Assembly (NCBI GenBank): GCA_017428025.1
Contig: JAFRRO010000021.1
Location: forward strand, 11,752-75,751
DNA: 64,000 nucleotides
Source of the DNA: Clostridia bacterium
GTDB taxonomy: Bacteria > Bacillota > Clostridia > Christensenellales > CAG-138
Direction of reading: 5' to 3'
Both the position numbers and the translations under genes were made by a program. Positions 46,021-55,092 of the stretch are shown here, in pieces (the first letter of the stretch is position 1; each line of letters begins with the position of its first letter). Under the pieces are notes generated by a model. The model saw only the letters and a list, made by a program, of their open reading frames with translations, did no database searches and had not been told where the DNA came from.

Positions 46021-47163
46021 TTACTTCACGCCGAGGTTGGCGGCGATGACCATGCGCTGGACCTCGCTCGTGCCCTCGTAGATCTCGGTGATCTTCGCGT
46101 CGCGCATCATGCGCTCCACGGGATATTCACGCGTGTAGCCGTAGCCGCCGAACAGCTGCACGGCACGGCGCGTCACGTCCGACGCCGCCTCCGCGGCAAA
46201 GAGCTTTGCCATCGCGGCTTCCATGCTGCAGCGCTCGTGCGCCTGCTTCTTCAGCGCGGCGTTGTAGACCAGGAACTGTGCCGCCTGCATGCGGGTGTGC
46301 ATGTCGGCGATCTGGAACTGCGTGTTCTGGAACGAGCTGATGCGCTTTTTGAACTGCACGCGCTCCTTCGTATACTTGATCGCTTCCTCGATCGCGCCTT
46401 CGCCGATGCCCAGCGCCTGCGCCGCAATGCCGATGCGTCCGCCGTCGAGCGTCTGCATGGCGATCTTGAAGCCCGCGCCTTCCTTGCCGAGCAGGTTCTC
46501 CTTCGGAACGATGCAGTCCTCGAAGATCAGATCGCAGGTCGAACTGCCGCGGATGCCCATCTTCTTCTCATGCTTGCCCTGCGAGAATCCGGGGAAGCCC
46601 TTTTCCACGATGAACGCGGAGATGCCGCGGTTGCCGAGCTTCGGATCGGTCATGGCGAACACCACGAACACATCCGCAACGCTGCCGTTGGTGATAAAGC
46701 ACTTGGAGCCGTTCAGCACATAGTGATCGCCGTCGAGCACCGCGGTGGTCTGCTGACCGGATGCGTCGGTGCCGGCGTTCGGCTCGGTAAGTCCGAACGC
46801 GCCGAGCTTTCTGCCGGAGCAGAGATCGGGCAGGTACTTTTTCTTTTGTTCCTCGGTGCCGTTCTCAAAGATCGGCGCGCAGCACAGCGAGGTGTGCGCC
46901 GACACGATGACCGCGGTGGTGCCGCAGACCTTCGCAAGCTCCTCGACCGTGATCGCGTAGCTCAACGCGTCGCCGCCCGCGCCGCCGTACTCCTTCGGGA
47001 AGTAGATGCCCATCATGCCGAGCTTCGCCATCTTTTCGACGGTTTCCGCCGGGAAGCGCTCTTCCTCGTCGATCTCGCTCGCGATCGGCTTCACTTCGTT
47101 CTCTGCGAATTCGCGCACCATCTTGCGAACCAGCAGTTGTTCCTTCGTCAGACGAAAATCCAT
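46021..47163 (-). CDS. bcd: Butyryl-CoA dehydrogenase (short-chain acyl-CoA dehydrogenase)
   Basis: 380 aa; GAFGLTEPNAGTDA, ..QLFGGYGYTREYPVERMMRDAKITEIYEGTSEVQ. Confidence 0.9.
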   Translation of the reverse strand: MDFRLTKEQLLVRKMVREFAENEVKPIASEIDEEERFPAETVEKMAKLGMMGIYFPKEYGGAGGDALSYAITVEELAKVCGTTAVIVSAHTSLCCAPIFENGTEEQKKKYLPDLCSGRKLGAFGLTEPNAGTDASGQQTTAVLDGDHYVLNGSKCFITNGSVADVFVVFAMTDPKLGNRGISAFIVEKGFPGFSQGKHEKKMGIRGSSTCDLIFEDCIVPKENLLGKEGAGFKIAMQTLDGGRIGIAAQALGIGEGAIEEAIKYTKERVQFKKRISSFQNTQFQIADMHTRMQAAQFLVYNAALKKQAHERCSMEAAMAKLFAAEAASDVTRRAVQLFGGYGYTREYPVERMMRDAKITEIYEGTSEVQRMVIAANLGVK

Positions 47164-47175
47164 TCTCAGTCTCCT

Positions 47176-48012
47176 TTACTTGCCGTATTTGAAGAAGCCT
47201 TCGCCCGTCTTGATGCCGAGCTTGCCCGCGCGGACCATCTTGCGGATCAGCACGTTTGCGCGATACTTCGAATCGTGCGTCTCGTTGTAGAGCACGTCCA
47301 TGATGTTCAGCACAACGTCCCAGCCGATCAGGTCGCCGAGGTGCAGCGGTCCCATCGGATGGTTGCAGCCGAGCTGCATTGCGATATCGATGTCCTCCGC
47401 GTTCGCAACGCCCTCCTGCAGCACGCAGACGCCCTCGTTGCAATACGGAATCAGGATCTTGTTGACCACAAAGCCCGGCGCCTCGTTGACGACGACCGGC
47501 GTCTTGCCGATCTCGATGACGAGGTTCTTCGTCCATTCGACGAGCTCGGACGGCGTGTTTGCGCCCGCAATGACCTCGACGAGCTTCATGACCGGAACCG
47601 GATTGAAGAAGTGCATACCCACCATCGGGTGCGTGAGCCCTCTTGCCATCTCGGTGATCGACAGCGACGACGTGTTGGTCGCAAAGACGGTCTCGTCCTT
47701 GCAGAGCGTGTCGAGACGCGCAAGGAGTTCCTTCTTGACCGCCATGTTCTCCGCCACGCACTCGATGACGAGGTCCGCGTCCGCCGCCGCAGCGACTTCC
47801 TCGACGAGGATGCGGCTCATGAGATCGTCCGCCGCTTCCTGCGTCATCTTGCCCTTTGCAACGCGCTTATTGAGCGACGCCGCCAGCTTGTCCTTGTGCC
47901 GCTGTGCGCTCTCCACGCTCGTCGCATACAGCAGAGCCGTATGACCGTTTGCCGAAAAGACCTGCGCGATACCGCTGCCCATCGTTCCTGCGCCGAAAAT
48001 TGCAACTTTCAT
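47176..48012 (-). CDS. hbd: 3-hydroxybutyryl-CoA dehydrogenase
   Basis: Start MKVAIFGAGTMGSGIAQV (48012) behind AGGAGG; HFFNPVPVMKLVE. The 636-aa track ORF reads through repeats into the crt region in a wrong frame. Confidence 0.9.
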   Translation of the reverse strand: MKVAIFGAGTMGSGIAQVFSANGHTALLYATSVESAQRHKDKLAASLNKRVAKGKMTQEAADDLMSRILVEEVAAAADADLVIECVAENMAVKKELLARLDTLCKDETVFATNTSSLSITEMARGLTHPMVGMHFFNPVPVMKLVEVIAGANTPSELVEWTKNLVIEIGKTPVVVNEAPGFVVNKILIPYCNEGVCVLQEGVANAEDIDIAMQLGCNHPMGPLHLGDLIGWDVVLNIMDVLYNETHDSKYRANVLIRKMVRAGKLGIKTGEGFFKYGK

Positions 48013-48090
48013 GTTTGTTCCTCCTAAGTGTATTTTAATGGATGTTTCGGACCCTGTCCGTTGGTTTGCTCCTGTGTCGAAATGCTCCCC

Positions 48091-48223
48091 TTGCCTTCCC
48101 TGTGCAAGGGAGGGTGTCGGCGAAAGCCGACGGGAGGGTTGTCTTCCCCTTTGCCGGTTCGTCATTATTCTTGCCCTCCCTGTGCAAGGGAGGGTGTCGG
48201 CGAAAGCCGACGGGAGGGTTGTC
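48091..48223. repeat. Two direct copies of a type A REP-like variant between crt and hbd
   Basis: Identical 46-mers ccctgtgcaagggagggtgtcggcgaaagccgacgggagggttgtc at 48098-48143 and 48178-48223 (80-bp spacing). Hairpins ccct-gtgca-aggg and gtcggc-gaaa-gccgac. The second copy abuts the crt stop. Confidence 0.9.
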
Positions 48224-49001
48224 ACCGGTTCCGGTAGGGCTCGTGACGGCGCTTTTCGAGGAATGCGCCCATGCCCTCCTTCTGGTCCTCCGTCTCGAAG
48301 CAGCTGCCGAACAGATTTTCTTCGAGCGCGACCGCTTCGTCCATCGGAAGCTCCAGACCGCGGTCGATCGCTTCCTTGCAGGCGCGCACCGCGATCGGCG
48401 CATTGCGCGCAATCGTCTCGGCAAGCTTCAGTGCCGCGGGCATCAGTTCTTCCTGCGGATAGATCGCGTTGACCAGACCGATGCGCAGCGCTTCGTCCGC
48501 CTTGATGTTCTTCGCCGAATAGATCATCTGCTTTGCCATGCCGGGACCGACGAGCCGGCTGAGCCGCTGCGTGCCGCCGAAGCCCGGCGTGATGCCGAGT
48601 CCCGTCTCGGGCTGACCGAACACCGCGGTGTCCGCGCAGATGCGGATGTCGCACGCCATGCCGATTTCGCAGCCGCCGCCCAATGCGTAGCCGTTGACCG
48701 CCGCGATCGTCGGGATCGGAAGCCGTTCGAGCTTTAGGAACACGTCGTTGCCCTTTTTGCCGAACGCCTCGCCCTCGGCTTTGGTGAGCGTCGACATCTC
48801 GCCGATGTCCGCGCCCGCGACGAACGCCTTTTCGCCGCTGCCGGTGAGAATCAGTACGCGGATCGCATCGTCCGCTCCGACCGCATCGAGCAGTTCGTCC
48901 AGCTCGTCGAGCACCGCGGAGTTCAGCGCGTTCAGCGCGTTCGGGCGATGGATCGCCGCGATCGCGACGCTGCCCTTCTTTTCGAATAAAATATGCGTCA
49001 T
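48222..49001 (-). CDS. crt: Short-chain enoyl-CoA hydratase (crotonase)
   Basis: 259 aa; ..AIHRPNALNALN.., TGSGEKAFVAGADI, GGGCE. Confidence 0.9.
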   Translation of the reverse strand: MTHILFEKKGSVAIAAIHRPNALNALNSAVLDELDELLDAVGADDAIRVLILTGSGEKAFVAGADIGEMSTLTKAEGEAFGKKGNDVFLKLERLPIPTIAAVNGYALGGGCEIGMACDIRICADTAVFGQPETGLGITPGFGGTQRLSRLVGPGMAKQMIYSAKNIKADEALRIGLVNAIYPQEELMPAALKLAETIARNAPIAVRACKEAIDRGLELPMDEAVALEENLFGSCFETEDQKEGMGAFLEKRRHEPYRNR

Positions 49002-49057
49002 ACCTTTCCCCTTTTCCGGTCTCTGCGCTTTTCGGCAGACCGTACATACCTTTTATA

Positions 49058-49086
49058 AGTATACTACTTTCCCGTATATTGCGCAA
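49058..49086 (-). promoter_or_regulatory. SigA-type promoter of the crt-hbd-bcd-etfBA operon
   Basis: On the minus strand: TTGCGC (49086-49081), 17 nt, TATACT (49063-49058). Confidence 0.55.
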
Positions 49087-49121
49087 GGTCTATTCCGGTT
49101 TTCGACGCGCAAACTTTCCGA

Positions 49122-49158
49122 TTGCGCATCGGCGAACGCTGTGCTACAATAGCGTTCG
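49122..49158 (+). promoter_or_regulatory. Promoter of the DMT gene with an overlapping perfect inverted repeat (candidate operator)
   Basis: TTGCGC (49122-49127), 17 nt, TGcTACAAT (extended -10, 49142-49150). Inverted repeat CGAACGCT-n10-AGCGTTCG at 49133-49158 brackets the -10. Confidence 0.5.
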
Positions 49159-49189
49159 GAAGCGCAGGTTTTGCGCGGGAGGTTGATGC

Positions 49190-50080
49190 TTGGAGCAGAA
49201 GAGCGATCCCAAAAGAATACTCGGCCACGTCTTTGCGCTGTTCTCCGTCGTCGTATGGGGCAGCTGCTACGTGCTGACCAAAAACCTGCTGAACGCGGGC
49301 TTTACCGCCCTGCAGATCACGCCGATCCGCCTTGCGCTCGCCTACGTCGTGCTGCTCTGCATGCGCCCGAAGTTTCAGAAACTGCCCGCAAAGGACGAAC
49401 TGATCTTCGTGCTGCTCGGACTGTTCGGCGGCAGCGTGTATTTCTTCTTGCAGAATACGGCGCTGACCTATACCTACGCCGCCAACGTCAGCATCATCAT
49501 CTGCCTGACGCCGATCTTCACCGCGCTGCTCGCGTGGGTGTTCAGCCGCGGAAACGAACGCCTCGGCAAGTACCTCTGGCTCGGTTCGGCTCTGGCAATC
49601 GCGGGCGTGGTGCTCGTCGTTCTGAACGGCTCGCTGCACTTCCATCTGAGCCCGAAGGGCGACATCCTTGCGCTTGCCGCAGGCATCTCGTGGGCGGTCT
49701 ATTCGATCCTCATCAAGCGCTATACCGAGACGATGGACGGCTTTCTGATCACGCGGCGCGTCATGTTCTGGGCGTTTGTGACCGCCGTGCCGCTGATGCT
49801 TCTGACCGACGGCATGCCGAACCTTGCCCCGCTGTTTACCGACTGGAAGGTTCTCCTGAGCTGGCTGTTCTTGGGCATCCTCGGCAACGCGGTCTGCTTT
49901 GCGCTCTGGAACATCTCGTTTGTGCGGCTCGGCGTCGTCGTCACGAACAACTATCTCTACGGCTCGCCGTTCGTCACCCTGCTCGTCGGCTGGCTGCTAC
50001 TTGGGGAACCGATCTCCTGGATGGGGCTCATCGGCGCGGTTCTCATCACCGTCGGCGTCATTTTGGCACAGAGAAAATAA
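49190..50080 (+). CDS. DMT superfamily (EamA-like) transporter
   Basis: 296 aa, 10 TM segments, two EamA halves. TTG start 7 nt after GGGAGG. Confidence 0.8.
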   Translation: MEQKSDPKRILGHVFALFSVVVWGSCYVLTKNLLNAGFTALQITPIRLALAYVVLLCMRPKFQKLPAKDELIFVLLGLFGGSVYFFLQNTALTYTYAANVSIIICLTPIFTALLAWVFSRGNERLGKYLWLGSALAIAGVVLVVLNGSLHFHLSPKGDILALAAGISWAVYSILIKRYTETMDGFLITRRVMFWAFVTAVPLMLLTDGMPNLAPLFTDWKVLLSWLFLGILGNAVCFALWNISFVRLGVVVTNNYLYGSPFVTLLVGWLLLGEPISWMGLIGAVLITVGVILAQRK

Positions 50081-50218
50081 AGGCGAATTCTGTCCGGGAT
50101 CCGTCTTTTTTGTTGCTTTTTCCGTTCACCTCTGATACTATATATAATGAAGTGATATAAGCCTTCATTTGTTCCCCGTTTTCTTTGGTATCAGGTGCAA
50201 TCCGGAAAGGGCTCCGCT

Positions 50219-52948
50219 ATGGAACAATCTAAGTACTGCGCATTTATCAGCTATCGCCACCTCTCGCCCGATCAGGAGATCGCGAAGGCGCTGCACACGG
50301 CGATCGAGACGTATCACATCCCCTCCAACATTCAGAAGAAGACCGGCAAGAAGCGCATGGGACGCGTGTTCCGCGATCAGGAGGAGCTGCCGCTTTCCGC
50401 GGACCTCGGCGCGGACATCGAGACCGCGCTCGATTCGAGCGACTGGCTGATCGTCGTCTGCTCGCCGCGCTATCAGCAGAGCCGCTGGTGCATGCGCGAG
50501 CTCGAATATTTTGTCGAGCACAAGGGGCGCGAACGCGTGATCGCGATCCTCGCCGAAGGCGAGCCGGGCGAAACGTTCCCCGACGAGATCCGCTATTCGG
50601 TCGACAGCGAGGGCAACCGGATCGAGATCGATCCGCATGCCGCGGACGTGCGCGGCGCCGATCTCAAAGAGAGCTTCAAGAAGCTCAAGAACGAAAAGCT
50701 GCGTCTGCTGGCGCCGATGCTGTCCGTCACCTATGACGAATTGAAGCGCCGCGAGCGGCAGCGCAGACGCAAAAAGATCCTGATCTCCGCCGCCGCGGTC
50801 TTTGTCGCCGCGATCGGGCTCGGCACGTTTCTGACCGTCAGCCACATCCGCAACGAAGCGCTGAAGCGCGAAGCGGCGGCGCAGCAGGCGATCGCCGAGG
50901 AACAGGCGCGGCTTGCCGAAGAACGGCGGAAGCTTGCCGAGGAGGAACAGCGCCGTGCCGAGGAAGAGCGCAAAAAGGCGGTCTACAACGACCTCGGCGA
51001 GCGCATGGAGCGCGCGGCGGCTGCGCTTTCCGAGGGAGAAAAGCGTGAAGCGGCGAAGATCCTGACCGACGCGATCGCAATCAGCGACAAGGAGGAGCAG
51101 ATGCGCCGCGACGAGATCCTTGCCCTGATGCGCCGCACGATGTACATCGAGCCGTTCACGATCGTATCGAGCTTCAACAACCAGAACATGCAGCTGAACT
51201 TCATCGCGGCGTCGCCGGACGGCACGCGCGCGGTCGGCGTGGTCAACAACAACTCAATCGCCATGGTCGACCTTGTGCAGAACGAGATTCTTTATACGGT
51301 CACCGCGGACAACGCGATCATGATGTATCCGGAATTCTCGCAGGACGGCACGCGGTTTCTGGCGGACTGCGATTACGGGCGGTTTGTACAGGTGTGGAAC
51401 ACGGAGGACGGTTCCGAAGCGTTCCGCTATACGAGCAAGCTGAACGCTCCGTACGAGATCGGTACGCATTATTTCTGGAAGGACGCCGACACGCTGCTTG
51501 TACAGGATCAGGACAAGCTGCTGCTCGTTTCCTCGGACGGAACGGAAAAGGTATTCTATACCCTGGGCGATCAGATGGAGGACTATGATCCGGCGAAAAA
51601 CTTCCTGTCACAGCTTTTGGGCGGCGTCCCGCTTGACAAGCTGTTCTCCAACGTGCAGGAGGGATATGCGGGCATCCAGGTGCTCGTTTCCGACGATCGC
51701 GAACGCGTTGTCGTATCCGGAAAGGCGGGCGAGCTTGCGGTCATCGTGCTGGACAGCGAGGGAAAGCGTTTGTTTATTCCGTCCAGTCCGCTGGACGATT
51801 CCTCCAAGATGGCGGGGACGTTTGCGGAAAAGTGGAAGCTTTCGCCCGACGGCAAAACGCTTTGCTGCCTGTCCTTCTATCTGCTGATTGCGAGCTGGGA
51901 CGTCGATACCGGGCAGATGATTTATATTGACGTCGACGACCGCGATCTGATGAACACGCCCACCGAACCGGTCTTTACCCCGGATTCAAATCGCATGGCG
52001 TACGCGATCGGAAACGTGCTCCACGTCTGCGACGCAAGGTCCAACCAACCGATCCTGACGGCGAACCTCGACGACACAATGTTTGTACCGTCGATCGCGT
52101 TCTCCGACGACGGCAAGTATCTTTTGATGACAAACGAAGCGATGTTCATCATCAATACCGAGAACTGGGCGGCGGAGCTGATCGTATCGGCGGAGGGCAC
52201 CAACTTCAACGGCATCATTCCGATGAAGAACATGGTTCTTTGCTCGCGCTACGACGGCGTCATTTTCTTCTACAGTCTGCCGGCGCTTTCATCCATCGAA
52301 ACATCGGATCACTTCGACGGTACTCTGATGGATCCGTATCTGGCGCAGCGGGCGGTCGAGTGCGTATCGCTCACAAGCGAACACGAGCTTTCGCCGACGT
52401 TCAAACAGACGAACTACTATAAGGATTATCCGCCGCAGCTCTTCTTCTCGATCGACGGCAGCGTTGCCGCGATGGCGCATCCGGACGGCACGATTGAGCT
52501 GTTCGATACGCAGGGAGACGGCACGGTCAAGGATACGGTCGGACAGCTGTATACCTATATCAACGCGCTTGCTCTCACCGAAGACCGGCTGATCGCGATC
52601 GACGTTGAAACACGCATGATGGTCTACAATCTCAAAACCAATTCCGTCGAGAAGATCTGGAACAACGGCACGCAGTATTCGTCCTTCGCGTTCAACGAGG
52701 ACAGCGGTCTGATGATGGCGATGTGCGCAGGACAGACAAAGATCGACGTCTTTGATCTGAACGACGACTGCAGATTGCTGTTCTCGATGCATGCCACGGA
52801 GGACACGTTCACGGATATGGCGTTTTCCTCCGACGGCGCATACGCGGTCGGAAAAACCGCCTCCGGGCAGTATGTGATCGGAAACCTGTTTGCGAACGAG
52901 GAAGAACTTGTTGCGCGCACAACAGCGTTTGCAATAGGCAAACAATAA
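50219..52948 (+). CDS. TIR domain, single TM helix, coiled coil and beta-propeller (PD40/WD40-like) protein
   Basis: TIR: YCAFISYRH, FRDQEELPLSADLG, SDWLIVVCSPRYQQSRWCMRELEYF (S-x-W-C-x-x-E-L glutamate context). RRERQRRRKK followed by the hydrophobic helix ILISAAAVFVAAIGLGTFLTV. About 100 aa of E/R/A-rich coiled coil. Then at least 8 blade-like repeats (ASPDGTRAV, SQDGTRFLA, SSDGTEKVF, SPDGKTLCC, TPDSNRMAY, SDDGKYLLM, HPDGTIELF, SSDGAYAVG). ATG at 50219 preferred over GTG at 50195. Confidence 0.8.
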   Translation: MEQSKYCAFISYRHLSPDQEIAKALHTAIETYHIPSNIQKKTGKKRMGRVFRDQEELPLSADLGADIETALDSSDWLIVVCSPRYQQSRWCMRELEYFVEHKGRERVIAILAEGEPGETFPDEIRYSVDSEGNRIEIDPHAADVRGADLKESFKKLKNEKLRLLAPMLSVTYDELKRRERQRRRKKILISAAAVFVAAIGLGTFLTVSHIRNEALKREAAAQQAIAEEQARLAEERRKLAEEEQRRAEEERKKAVYNDLGERMERAAAALSEGEKREAAKILTDAIAISDKEEQMRRDEILALMRRTMYIEPFTIVSSFNNQNMQLNFIAASPDGTRAVGVVNNNSIAMVDLVQNEILYTVTADNAIMMYPEFSQDGTRFLADCDYGRFVQVWNTEDGSEAFRYTSKLNAPYEIGTHYFWKDADTLLVQDQDKLLLVSSDGTEKVFYTLGDQMEDYDPAKNFLSQLLGGVPLDKLFSNVQEGYAGIQVLVSDDRERVVVSGKAGELAVIVLDSEGKRLFIPSSPLDDSSKMAGTFAEKWKLSPDGKTLCCLSFYLLIASWDVDTGQMIYIDVDDRDLMNTPTEPVFTPDSNRMAYAIGNVLHVCDARSNQPILTANLDDTMFVPSIAFSDDGKYLLMTNEAMFIINTENWAAELIVSAEGTNFNGIIPMKNMVLCSRYDGVIFFYSLPALSSIETSDHFDGTLMDPYLAQRAVECVSLTSEHELSPTFKQTNYYKDYPPQLFFSIDGSVAAMAHPDGTIELFDTQGDGTVKDTVGQLYTYINALALTEDRLIAIDVETRMMVYNLKTNSVEKIWNNGTQYSSFAFNEDSGLMMAMCAGQTKIDVFDLNDDCRLLFSMHATEDTFTDMAFSSDGAYAVGKTASGQYVIGNLFANEEELVARTTAFAIGKQ

Positions 52949-53023
52949 ACACGTCTTTTGCTCTGTTTCAAAGCAGATGCATTTCTATGACAGCAGAAAG
53001 ATTTACATAAAGGAGAGAAACAA

Positions 53024-55057
53024 ATGGCATATACGGCATTGGAACGGATGCGGCAACGGAACAGGGAGCGGTTCGGAAAGGACATCGGTCCGAAGCAGCC
53101 GGCGCTGTACAGGCGCGCCGTTCGCGGCAACGATCTGAAATCCGCGGCGCTGCGTTTTCTGCATGAGCGCTGCGAAGGGCTGCGGCTCTCGGCGGATCGG
53201 GAAGCGGAGGAAGCGGAACGCGGCGTGTATCTCGGCAGGAGCATCCGCCCGAATCAGATTCCGTACAACATGCAGATGGACATCGACCGCCTGTGCCTCG
53301 AGCGCGAGCTGGAGAAGTTCATCGATTCCGGCGTTGCGGAGGATGCCTATACCGTATATTACAGCTACCTCGAAATGTTCATGGGCGAATACGGACGGTC
53401 GCGCAAGATGGTCGAGCTGCTCTCCGAATTCGAATCCAACGCGAGCTCGCTTCTCATGAAGCACCGCGATCACTACTCGCATTCGGTCTATGTGTTCGCG
53501 CTCGGACTTGCGATCTACGAGGCAAACGAGCGGTACCGCAGCACGTTCAAGCGCTTCTATCGTCTCGAGGATCGGAGCGAGCATGAAGCCGCGGCGTTCT
53601 TCCTCGAATACTGGGGGCTGACCGCGCTGTTCCACGACATCGGATATCCGTTCGAGATCCCGTTCGAACAGGTGCTTGCGTACTTCGAAGTGGAGCAGAA
53701 GGAGCGCGGCGAGGGCTGTCTGTACCTCTCGTATCACGACCTGACCTGCCTCAACCGGATCGACGCGGACGCGAACGCGCGGTTCGAAGCGCTGTTTTCA
53801 CGCACGTTCGCCGACGTCAACGAACTGCTGGCATACGGCATCGCGCAGCGGCTCGGCGCGGCGTACGGCATTTCGGAAGAACAGCTCAAAGACACGATCG
53901 CGCGCAAGCCGACGAATCCCGAGCAGTTCGGCTACTATATGGACCACGCCTATTTCTCCGCGACGCGGCTCTATCAGGAGTTGGTCGAGGAGCGCGGCGC
54001 AGCGTTTCTGACGCCGGCGCATCTCGACGTGCTGACCGCGATCATGCTGCACAACAGCCTCTATAAGTTCGCGATCGCGTTCTATAAATCCAAGACCAAG
54101 TGCAAGCCGCCGCTCAAAGCGGAGCTGCATCCGCTTGCGTATCTGCTGATGCTCTGCGACGAGCTGCAATGCTGGGACCGCACCGCGTACGGCAGAAACT
54201 CGCGTACCGAGCTGCACCCGATGGAAGCCGCGTTCGACTTCTCGAAGGGCGCGATCCGCGCGTCCTACTTCTATGACAAGGACGAGACCGGCAAGATCCT
54301 CGCCTATCAGATCCGGTACCGCGAATGGGCGGGCGGCGACCGCACGACGACTGCGCCGCGGCTCAAGGCGTACAGCGACATGGCGGAATCGGAGCAGCGG
54401 TTCCTGAGGGACATCGAACGCATCGTCGACCTGTCCGAATGCCCGCTGACCGTCGAAGCGGCGCTGCGTCCCGTCGATTACCGGAGCAAGCACACGTATC
54501 TGTCCGCGTCGAGCTTTTTGCACATGTACGACTTCGCGGTTGCGCTCAACGCCCGCTATCGCTACGAGGACCGCGAGGATACGGTCTCGACGGATCAGCT
54601 CGAACGCGAATTCGACGAGATGTCGCTCGAATATCAGCTCAGCAACATCAATCAGGTCAAGAGCTTTTCGAAGTATCTGAACGCCATCGGCTGCTTCTAT
54701 ATCGACAAGCCGGTGGATTTCGAGATGCTGCACGCGTTCAGCGAGGACCAGACGTCCGTCTTCGCTCCGATGGAGCACGAGCGCTGGGTGCGCGAGCACG
54801 CCGCTGCCGGCTGGACCTGCGGAACGAACTATCTGACCGCGCCGGTCGAAGGCGACGAAGCCGCGGAGCGCGGCAATCTGCGCGAACAGCTGCGGCAGCA
54901 CGCGCTGTGCATGAACGGCAATCCGGATGACGCCGCGATCCGCGCGCATTATCTGGAGCTTTCTCCGGCGGATCAGGGAAAGGACTGGAAACCGTTCAAC
55001 AGCATGCTGAAGCTGATCAAAAAGTTCGACGGCCTGCGCATCTACCGGCTGTCGTAA
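53024..55057 (+). CDS. HD-domain phosphohydrolase fused to C-terminal RyR-like repeats
   Basis: HD superfamily motifs KHRDHYSHSVYVFALG, ALFHDIGYPFE, LLMLCDELQCWDR. C-terminus MEHERWVREHAAAGWTCG ... YLELSPADQGKDWKPFNSMLKLIKKFDGLRIY resembles the RyR repeat (H-E-x-W ... G-W-x-x-G ... L-s-x-x-x-K-x-x-D). It is preceded by a second related repeat (..EMSLEYQLSNINQVKSFSKYLNAIG). AAAGGAGAG RBS. 75 nt after the TIR gene. Confidence 0.75.
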   Translation: MAYTALERMRQRNRERFGKDIGPKQPALYRRAVRGNDLKSAALRFLHERCEGLRLSADREAEEAERGVYLGRSIRPNQIPYNMQMDIDRLCLERELEKFIDSGVAEDAYTVYYSYLEMFMGEYGRSRKMVELLSEFESNASSLLMKHRDHYSHSVYVFALGLAIYEANERYRSTFKRFYRLEDRSEHEAAAFFLEYWGLTALFHDIGYPFEIPFEQVLAYFEVEQKERGEGCLYLSYHDLTCLNRIDADANARFEALFSRTFADVNELLAYGIAQRLGAAYGISEEQLKDTIARKPTNPEQFGYYMDHAYFSATRLYQELVEERGAAFLTPAHLDVLTAIMLHNSLYKFAIAFYKSKTKCKPPLKAELHPLAYLLMLCDELQCWDRTAYGRNSRTELHPMEAAFDFSKGAIRASYFYDKDETGKILAYQIRYREWAGGDRTTTAPRLKAYSDMAESEQRFLRDIERIVDLSECPLTVEAALRPVDYRSKHTYLSASSFLHMYDFAVALNARYRYEDREDTVSTDQLEREFDEMSLEYQLSNINQVKSFSKYLNAIGCFYIDKPVDFEMLHAFSEDQTSVFAPMEHERWVREHAAAGWTCGTNYLTAPVEGDEAAERGNLREQLRQHALCMNGNPDDAAIRAHYLELSPADQGKDWKPFNSMLKLIKKFDGLRIYRLS

Positions 55058-55070
55058 AAAAGCGCAAACA

Positions 55071-55092
55071 AAAAAGCCCTGCGGGGCTTTTT
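55071..55092. terminator. Bidirectional terminator between the HD-RyR gene and the MATE gene
   Basis: aaaaaGCCC-tgcg-GGGCttttt. Confidence 0.6.

Noticed and set aside
47176-49086. 636-aa ORF suggesting a large fusion protein upstream of hbd
   Set aside because: Only the last 278 codons (from MKVAIFGAGTMGSG at 48012, with AGGAGG RBS) look like a protein. The upstream part reads through the REP pair and out of frame across crt.
50195-50218. GTG start at 50195 for the TIR gene, as given in the ORF track
   Set aside because: No RBS precedes it. The ATG at 50219 follows GAAAGGG at suitable spacing and leaves the TIR beta-A strand (YCAFISY) about 5 residues from the N-terminus, as is usual. The choice remains unverified.
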